Below are positions 28,943 to 35,701 of a stretch of DNA of 35,701 bases, piece by piece (the first letter of the stretch is position 1; each line of letters opens with the position of its first letter). The stretch is from assembly GCA_033551855.1 (NCBI GenBank), contig JAWSUI010000040.1:1-35701 (forward strand). Reading direction: 5' to 3'. This DNA comes from Deferrisomatales bacterium. GTDB taxonomy: Bacteria > Desulfobacterota > Deferrisomatia > Deferrisomatales > JACRMM01. A program made the position numbers and the translations under genes. The notes beneath the pieces are model-generated. The model was not told where the DNA came from. It worked only from the letters and a program-made list of their open reading frames with translations, and did no database searches.

Positions 28943-31900
28943 ACGTTCTCCTGTGCAAGGGGTTGCTTTGCGTGTTTCGGCGCCACCAGCAGATAAAGGG
29001 CAGGCAAAACAAAAAGAGTAAGAAGGGTCGAGGTCAGCACGCCGCCGATGACGACCGTCGCCAGCGGGCGTTGCACTTCAGCGCCGACCCCGGTGGAGAG
29101 CGCCATCGGGAGAAAGCCCGCAGCGTCGGTGATCGCCGTGGCGAGGACCGGAATCAGGCGTCGGCGGGCGCCACCCGTGACCGCCGCGAAGAGCTCGTCT
29201 CCCCGTTCCAGATTCTGCCGGATGGCGGTGACCAAAACCTGTCCGTTGAGAACGGCGATGCCGGAGAGGGCGATGAAGCCGATGGCGGCGCTGACGCTGA
29301 AGGGGATGCCGCGCAGCCACAGGGCAAACACCCCCCCCACGGCGGCGAAGGGGATGCCGGTGTAGATGATCAGAACGTGGCGCAGATTCTTGAGGCTGAG
29401 ATACAGAAGGAGGAAGATCAGCGCCAGGGTAATGGGGACGACGACCGCCAGGCGCTTCTGCGAACGCTCCAGATTCTCGAATTGCCCGCCCCATTCGATG
29501 AGATAGCCGTCGGGGAGCTTCACCTCGGCGGCGATCTTCTGCCGCGCCTCGGCGACGAAGGAGGCGATGTCGCGCTCGCGCACGTTCGTCTGCACCTTGA
29601 TCAAGCGCCGCCCCCACTCCCGGTTGATGGTCGAGGGGCGGTCCACCTCGGTGAGCTCGGCCAGGGCGCCGAGCGGCACCACCGCGCCGGTGCGGGTCGG
29701 GATGAGGGTTTCGCGCAGCGCCTCGACGTCGGTGCGCTGGGCGTCGGGGAGGCGCACCACCAGCGGGAAGGAGCGCTCCCCCTCGAAAACCTCTCCGGCT
29801 TTGAGCGAACCGACGGCGGCGATCATGTCGAGCACCTCGCGGGCGGCGACGCCGTGGCGGGCGATGGCCGCCTGATCGATGCGCACCTGCAGCGTCGGCT
29901 GGCCAGTGATCTGTTCGACCGCAACATCGCTCGCCCCGCGGATGTCGCTGAGCAGGTGTTCGATTTCTCCCGCCAGCACCACCAGATTGCCGAAATCCTC
30001 TCCATAGATCTTGATCCCCACGTCGGCGCGGATGCCCGAGAGCATCTCGTTGGTGCGCAGTTCGATGGGCTGGGTGATGACCGTGCGGATGCCGGGAAGC
30101 CCGGCCATCGCTCCCTCCACCAGCTTCTCAAGTTCCCCCTGGTTTGCGGCCCTGGTCCACTGATCCCGCGGATGCAGGGCCATGAAGAGATCGGTCAGTT
30201 CCGTCCCCATCGGATCGGTGGCGACCTCGGCGCTGCCGATGCGGCTCCAGACGAATTTGATCTCGTCCGGAAATTTCTCCAGCAGCAACTTCTCCAGGTG
30301 CGTGTTATAGGCGACCGACTCCTCGATGGAGACTCCCGCCAGGCGCACCACGCTAGCGACCAGCGACCCTTCGCCCATGCGGGGGAGGAATTCCCCGCCG
30401 AGTCGCAGGGCGAGCCCCCCGGTGCCGGCCAGCAGAATGAGGACGACGGCGAAGAGCGCCCCCTTGCGCCGCAGCACCGGGAGCAGCACGGCCCCGTACC
30501 CCTTCCGCAGCGCCCCCTCCACCCGTCCTTCGCGTTCGCGCAGGCGTTTGGGCAAAAAGCGCTCGGAAAGGACCGGCGTCAGGAAGACCGCCACCAGCAG
30601 TCCGCCGATCAGGGCAAAGATGAAGGTCCAGGCCATCGGCTTGAACATCTTCCCCTCCACCCCCTGCAGGGTCAGCACCGGCAGGAAGACGAGAAGGATG
30701 ATCAGCATGCCGAAGAAGATGGGGCGCACCACCTCCTTGCTCGAATGGGCGATACAGGCGGTGCGCTCGGCGGCGGTGAGCGGGCGGCCGAGTTTCATCT
30801 GCCGCTCGGTAAGCCGGCGCAGGTTGGCCTCGGTCATCACCACCGAGCCGTCGACCAGGATGCCGAAGTCAATGGCCCCCAAAGACAGGAGGCTCGCCGC
30901 GATCCCCATGCCGTGCATCCCCAGCGCGGCAAAGAGCATCGAAAAGGGAATTGCGGCGGCGACGATGATGCCGGCGCGCAGGTTGCCGAGGAGCAGAAAG
31001 AGGACGGCGATGACGAGCAGGGCGCCCAGCAGGAGGTTGTGCTGCACCGTGTCGATGACCTGATTGACCAGATCGGTGCGGTCGTAGACGACCTCTAGCG
31101 TCACATCGGCCGGCAGGACAGTCCTTACTCGCTCCAGGCGCTCCTTCAGGGCGGTGGTAACGGCGCGGCTGTTCTCTCCCATGAGCATGAAGCCGAGGCC
31201 GAGGACGACCTCCCCGTCCCCTTGCGCCGTAACCGCGCCAAGGCGCAGTTCGTGGCCGAAGCGCACCTCGGCGACGTCGCGGATGCGCACCGGCGCGCCG
31301 CCGTGGGCGGCGATGACGACGTTACCGACTTCGGCCAAGCCCGTCACCTGCCCGAGGCCGTGCACCAGCATCGTCTGCCCGCCGGAGGTGACCTGGCCGC
31401 CGCCGACATTGGCGTTGTTCTCTTCCAGGGCGGTGAAAACATCCTTGAGCGTGAGGCCGTACTTGACCAGCAGCTCGGGAGCCACGATCACCTGATACTG
31501 CCGCTCCAAACCGCCCCAGGAGTTGACCTCGGCCACGCCGGCGGCCTTGCGCATCTCGGGTTTGACGACCCAGTCGTGCAGTGTGCGCAGTTCATCCAGG
31601 GAGCGAGTCTTAGAGCGCAGGACATAATGGAAGACCTCGCCTAGGCCGGTGGAGATCGGCCCCATCTCCGGGCGCTCGATCCCCGGCGGCAGGGCCACGC
31701 CGGCCAGGCGCTCCATGACGAGCTGGCGCGAGTCGTAGATCGGCATGGCGTCGGAAAAAGTGGCGACGACCTGGGAGAGGCCGAATTTGGAAATCGAGCG
31801 GACACTCTGCAGTTCGGGCAGACCGGCGATGGCGAGTTCCACCGGCAGCGTGATCTGCCGCTCGATCTCCTCCGGGCCCAGGTTGGGGGCGACGGTATTG

Positions 31901-32046
31901 ATCTGCACCTGGACAGGGGTGGTGTCGGGGAAAGCGTCGACCGGCAGATTCACCAGAGCCCAGGTGCCAAAGCTCAGGGCGGCGGCAAAGAGCAGAACCG
32001 TCAGCAGGCGGTTCCTCAGGACAATATCGATCAGGCGTTCAAGCAT
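28939..32046 (-). CDS. czcA: CzcA/CusA family heavy-metal efflux RND permease (CzcA-type)
   Basis: LPVDAFPDTTPVQVQINT, GPISTGLGE, TM4 GAIDFGILVDGSVVMTE (DFG-type, not CusA AIAVG-type), GAEVQRPLATVVIGG. Confidence 0.95.
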   Translation of the reverse strand: MLERLIDIVLRNRLLTVLLFAAALSFGTWALVNLPVDAFPDTTPVQVQINTVAPNLGPEEIERQITLPVELAIAGLPELQSVRSISKFGLSQVVATFSDAMPIYDSRQLVMERLAGVALPPGIERPEMGPISTGLGEVFHYVLRSKTRSLDELRTLHDWVVKPEMRKAAGVAEVNSWGGLERQYQVIVAPELLVKYGLTLKDVFTALEENNANVGGGQVTSGGQTMLVHGLGQVTGLAEVGNVVIAAHGGAPVRIRDVAEVRFGHELRLGAVTAQGDGEVVLGLGFMLMGENSRAVTTALKERLERVRTVLPADVTLEVVYDRTDLVNQVIDTVQHNLLLGALLVIAVLFLLLGNLRAGIIVAAAIPFSMLFAALGMHGMGIAASLLSLGAIDFGILVDGSVVMTEANLRRLTERQMKLGRPLTAAERTACIAHSSKEVVRPIFFGMLIILLVFLPVLTLQGVEGKMFKPMAWTFIFALIGGLLVAVFLTPVLSERFLPKRLREREGRVEGALRKGYGAVLLPVLRRKGALFAVVLILLAGTGGLALRLGGEFLPRMGEGSLVASVVRLAGVSIEESVAYNTHLEKLLLEKFPDEIKFVWSRIGSAEVATDPMGTELTDLFMALHPRDQWTRAANQGELEKLVEGAMAGLPGIRTVITQPIELRTNEMLSGIRADVGIKIYGEDFGNLVVLAGEIEHLLSDIRGASDVAVEQITGQPTLQVRIDQAAIARHGVAAREVLDMIAAVGSLKAGEVFEGERSFPLVVRLPDAQRTDVEALRETLIPTRTGAVVPLGALAELTEVDRPSTINREWGRRLIKVQTNVRERDIASFVAEARQKIAAEVKLPDGYLIEWGGQFENLERSQKRLAVVVPITLALIFLLLYLSLKNLRHVLIIYTGIPFAAVGGVFALWLRGIPFSVSAAIGFIALSGIAVLNGQVLVTAIRQNLERGDELFAAVTGGARRRLIPVLATAITDAAGFLPMALSTGVGAEVQRPLATVVIGGVLTSTLLTLFVLPALYLLVAPKHAKQPLAQENV

Positions 32047-32115
32047 GAAAAAATCTCCGCAAGAGGATTGCAGGGCAGCTTGAGGGGCTACCGCATTGAC
32101 AAGGGGACAGCGCCA

Positions 32116-33612
32116 TCAATGATCGGCGCAGGACGCCCCGAGCCGTGCCCGCAGCACCTCGGACTTGAGGGAGAAGGCTTGACCCGTGACGACCCGGTCG
32201 TTGGCGCGGAGCCCCTCGCGAATGATCACTGCCCCTTGCGAGCGGCGCCCTGCCGTCACCCGACGCAGTTCAAATAGGTCGTCCTCCAGGCGCACGAAGA
32301 CAAAAGGGTTGCCGTCCACCGTCTGCAGGGCATCGGCGGGGACGGCAAGAGTCCCCCCGGCCGCTTTGCCCGTCGCCTGCACCTGCCCGAAAAGGCCGCT
32401 GCGCAGCAGGCCGTCGCCGTTGTCCACCTCCGCCAGAACCTTGAGCATGCGGGTCCGCTCATCGAGGGCGGCGGCGATCCAGAAGACCTTCCCCTGGAAG
32501 GCTCGCCCGGGGAGCCCGGAAAAGGAGGCGACGACGTTCAGCCCGGGATGGACGTCGAGAAGAGCATCCTCGGGGATGGACGTCTCGACCCAGACGGTAC
32601 CCAAATCGGCCAGAGTGAAGAGGGTGCTCCCCACAGAAACCGTTTCACCGGTGACCGCGGCGCGTTCGATTACAGTGCCGGCAAAGGGGGCGCGGATCGG
32701 CAGGGCCGAGCCGGCACTGCCTTGGGCCAGACCGAAGTCCTGCATCTGCCGGCGGGTGCGGATGGCGGCGCTTTCAGCCTGTCGGTATTCGGCTTCGGCC
32801 TGCTGGAAGTCGTGGCGGGAGGTGATCCCCTTCTCCAGCAGATCCTGCTCCCGCAGGTAGACGGCTTCGGCAAGGGCGCGGCGGCTTTCCGCCGCCGCCA
32901 GTTCAGCCCGCAGCCCTGCCGCTTCTGACGAGGCGATCTCGGCCAGGATCTGCCCCTTGGCGACTTTCTCCCCCAGCCGGACGTTCACCTTCTGCACGGT
33001 TCCAGTGGCCAGGGCGGAGAGGCTCGCCAGGCGGTCGCGATTGAAAACGACCTGTCCCGGCCAGGTCGCGCCCCCTTCGCCGGCGGGCAGCGGGGTGGCG
33101 GTGGCGATACCGATCCGCCCGGCCGTCTCGGGCGCCGCCAGGCGGACCTTCATCCCTTCTCCGGGCTGGAGACGGGAGACGAGATCGGGCTGGCAAAGTG
33201 CATCCTCGTTTTCCGGGACGTTGTGCTCCGGGCAGATCTCGTCCCCGACTTCTCCACCGGAGTGATCGTGCCCGGCATGAGGGTCTTTCTTCCGGGGGGC
33301 CGAGGCGTGCGCGGCGTGATCATCGCCCTCTTCGTCATCGTGATGCTCGTCAGGGGTGACCTTGTCGTCGGCGAATAGGGCGTCTAGGTCTTCATCCTCT
33401 TCACCGCTGTGGTCGCGCGGTTCCCTGGCAGCCTCCCCGGCGTGTCCATGCGGATTTTCCTTCGCTTCTTCTTTTCCGTGAGCGGGTCCGTCATGGCCCG
33501 CCTCGGCGGAGTGGGAGGGGCCGGCAAGGGTATAGGTTCCCCAACCCACGCCGGCGGCCGCAGTCAGGAGGAGCAGGGAAAGGATCAGCTTCTTGGCGCT
33601 CTTTTTATTCAT
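32116..33612 (-). CDS. czcB: RND membrane fusion protein with His/acidic-rich N-terminal extension
   Basis: N-terminal TM, His-rich linker (DEHHDDEEGDDHAAH...PHAGHDHSG), IRAPFAGTV, LFTLADL, LDERTR, LAVPADA. Confidence 0.92.
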   Translation of the reverse strand: MNKKSAKKLILSLLLLTAAAGVGWGTYTLAGPSHSAEAGHDGPAHGKEEAKENPHGHAGEAAREPRDHSGEEDEDLDALFADDKVTPDEHHDDEEGDDHAAHASAPRKKDPHAGHDHSGGEVGDEICPEHNVPENEDALCQPDLVSRLQPGEGMKVRLAAPETAGRIGIATATPLPAGEGGATWPGQVVFNRDRLASLSALATGTVQKVNVRLGEKVAKGQILAEIASSEAAGLRAELAAAESRRALAEAVYLREQDLLEKGITSRHDFQQAEAEYRQAESAAIRTRRQMQDFGLAQGSAGSALPIRAPFAGTVIERAAVTGETVSVGSTLFTLADLGTVWVETSIPEDALLDVHPGLNVVASFSGLPGRAFQGKVFWIAAALDERTRMLKVLAEVDNGDGLLRSGLFGQVQATGKAAGGTLAVPADALQTVDGNPFVFVRLEDDLFELRRVTAGRRSQGAVIIREGLRANDRVVTGQAFSLKSEVLRARLGASCADH

Positions 33613-34961
33613 GGGTTATCACTCCTGGACGGTTGCGGAAAGTCGATAGCGGTGGCTGTCGGAGCGACAGAGGTCCCCAGGAGCCGCTCCATTTCGGAGG
33701 CGGCGCGGTGGAACGCCCGCAGGGCCTCAAGATACTGCTCCTGCACTGCGACCAGCGTTCGTTGGGCATCGAGGACATCGAGGAGGCCGAACTTGCCGGC
33801 ACGGTAGCCGTATTCGGCGGATTCCAGGGCCAGCTTTGAGGCGGGAAGGATGTCGTCGCGCAGCGCCCCGGCTTCCGCGCGGGCGGCGCTCATCTTCTGG
33901 TGGGCGGCGGCGAGGGCGGCTTTGGCCTGCAAAAGCGCGCTGCGCTCTTCAGCGCGGGCCTGCGCCGCGCGGCTGCGCGCGGCGGCAATCGTCCCCTGGT
34001 TGCGGTCGAAGAGGGGCAGAGGGATCGAAACCCCCAGGATCAGGGCCGTGTCGTCGCTCTCGCGCAGATAGCGGGCGCCGACACCGATGTCCAGATCGGG
34101 AATGGGGCGAGCCTCCTCCATGCGGATGGCCCGGCGGCGGCGCTCGCTTTCGGCGACCCGCCGGACCATCTGCGGGCTTTCGGTCAGCAGCCTGTCCAGC
34201 TCCGCCTGCTCCGGCGGGGAAAAGAGGTCCGACAGGTCTCCGGCTGCGAAGCCGAAATCGGCCTCTTCACGCCCCATCAGGGCAGCCAGGGCGGCGCGGG
34301 CAGCGGCAAGCTCGCGGTGCGCCTTTTCCAGGGCGATCTGCTGCTCGCGCACCAGGATACGCGGCCGGATCGTTTCGGTCTGCGCACCTCTGCCGGCGGC
34401 GACGCGTTCCTCGGCCGCGCCAAACACTCGCGTCGCGAGATCGAGCAGCTCCTCTGACAGGCGCAGGCGCTCCTGTGCCGCAAGCACGGCGAAGAAAGCA
34501 TTAGAGGTGCGCGCAAGAAGGTCGGCCTTTACCACATCGAAGTCGCTTTGGGCGACGCCCGTCTCCGCTTCGGCCAAGTGACGGCGCAGGTCGCGCTTTT
34601 TCCCCAGCTCCACCTTTTGGCTAATCGAAAGGGTGCTTTCCGCAGCGTCGGTTCGGGAGAACGGACCGCTGCCGAAGACGTTTTCGGCTTCGAGGGAGAG
34701 CAGAGGGTTCGGGCGCAGCCCAGCCTGGTGAGCTTCGGCCTCACGGCCGCGGATCTCCAGGGAGTAGAATTCCAACTCGGGATTGTGGCGCACAGCCTGG
34801 GAAAGCGCCTGCTGCAAGGTAAGCGCTGCGCCCTGTTCTTCGGCCATGGCAGCGACCGGGGGAGTAACCGCAGCTTGGGCCGTGCCGGGCCCCCAGAGCG
34901 GGAGCAAAAGGATAAGTACACCAAGGATGAGCGCTTGATGGCGCGGCAGTACGTCCGACAT
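33609..34961 (-). CDS. czcC: TolC-family outer membrane efflux protein
   Basis: LTLQQAL...HNPEL, AGLRPNP, ISQKVELGKKR, SIPLPLFDRNQG, GYRAGKFGLLDVLDAQR. ATG 34961 follows GGAGGT. Confidence 0.93.
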   Translation of the reverse strand: MSDVLPRHQALILGVLILLLPLWGPGTAQAAVTPPVAAMAEEQGAALTLQQALSQAVRHNPELEFYSLEIRGREAEAHQAGLRPNPLLSLEAENVFGSGPFSRTDAAESTLSISQKVELGKKRDLRRHLAEAETGVAQSDFDVVKADLLARTSNAFFAVLAAQERLRLSEELLDLATRVFGAAEERVAAGRGAQTETIRPRILVREQQIALEKAHRELAAARAALAALMGREEADFGFAAGDLSDLFSPPEQAELDRLLTESPQMVRRVAESERRRRAIRMEEARPIPDLDIGVGARYLRESDDTALILGVSIPLPLFDRNQGTIAAARSRAAQARAEERSALLQAKAALAAAHQKMSAARAEAGALRDDILPASKLALESAEYGYRAGKFGLLDVLDAQRTLVAVQEQYLEALRAFHRAASEMERLLGTSVAPTATAIDFPQPSRSDNP

Positions 34962-35068
34962 GCTAGCGGACCTCCGGAAATGGATGGAAAAGGATGTAGT
35001 AAGGCGCAAACCCCGGCGGCACTAAGCCGCGGGAAGAGGGAGGAACGCCCGGAAATGGGCGGGGAGGA

Positions 35069-35497
35069 TTAATTCAGCAGGACGATGGTGCGAAGCGCAG
35101 CGAGGGCGTGATAGGGGCGCGGCGGAGGCTGGGCGAACAGGGTGGGCGACGAGTCCCGCAGAAAAGCGGAGGGTGTGATCGAGACGAGTGGCGGCAGGAG
35201 ACCCGGAGGGGAAAGATCCTGATCGCTTTGCGAGCGGCCATGTGCGAAGTCGAGGCTGGTGGAGAGATCCTGACAGGGACCGCAATGATCGTGAGTAGCG
35301 AGTGCTCCCTCCGTGCAGGAGGGCGTTTCGGCAGACGCGCATTTGCCGCCAAAAGCCTGCTCGATGGCGGTGCTGCCGCTATCAGCGATGCACAGGACAA
35401 AGCTCGAAGACAGACCCTGCCCGGCCGTGAAGAGGACCAGGAGGCTGATGAGCAAAACAACATATGGGGAGGAGGCTTTTTTCACGCTGTTTCCCAT
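35069..35497 (-). CDS. Hypothetical Cys/His-containing exported protein leading the czc operon
   Basis: Signal/TM segment, then FVLCIADSG, CASAETPSC, HDHCGPCQD, Pro-rich tail and LRTIVLLN. Confidence 0.7.
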   Translation of the reverse strand: MGNSVKKASSPYVVLLISLLVLFTAGQGLSSSFVLCIADSGSTAIEQAFGGKCASAETPSCTEGALATHDHCGPCQDLSTSLDFAHGRSQSDQDLSPPGLLPPLVSITPSAFLRDSSPTLFAQPPPRPYHALAALRTIVLLN

Positions 35498-35701
35498 GGT
35501 GAACACAATCTGAACAAAAGTATCAAAAGCGGGACGCGCTTTCAAGAACATTCACGAAAGGGGCGCCTTCTTTTGCAAATTGCCCCCCGATGGAACGTTT
35601 TGGAGCGATCCTGGGCGGCCTTGCCCCACACATAAGGACTCTTAGAGCCAATACTGTTCACTTTAACATGACCACCGTGGGGTGGACGACCTGCGGACCT
35701 G

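Overview
High-GC (visually ~70%) bacterial chromosome segment, probably an anaerobic Desulfobacterota/deltaproteobacterium (inference from gene content). Left to right: a btuB-like TonB receptor under a cobalamin riboswitch; a small hypothetical gene; a rhodanese with an in-frame UGA; a small wHTH gene and mgtE; an unannotated 40-codon peptide gene with two in-frame UGAs in front of a radical SAM/SPASM enzyme, then yceI and an MFS transporter; a DksA/TraR gene; two tandem CPA2 (Kef-like) antiporters; a Phd-VapC toxin-antitoxin pair; a membrane diguanylate cyclase; glmS-glmU; an aspartyl protease; rubredoxin-fprA; ispE-tRNA-Gln-prs-rplY-pth-hppA; then a lower-GC accessory block with a degenerate XamI-like nuclease and a czcCBA-type efflux operon. 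The main discovery is hidden selenocysteine recoding that the ORF track misses. (1) A candidate selenopeptide RiPP precursor, MRKVLDQKTLEREAAFWRAVKKATEQVPIRLCHK-U-KS-U-KS (6115-6237), has an fdhF-like SECIS hairpin just past its TAG stop and sits directly upstream of the rSAM/SPASM enzyme. (2) A Sec-containing rhodanese (CWKDTU, 3055-3468) has its own SECIS-like hairpin. A degenerate dispersed intergenic repeat family is also present. All family assignments come from motif recognition, not database searches.
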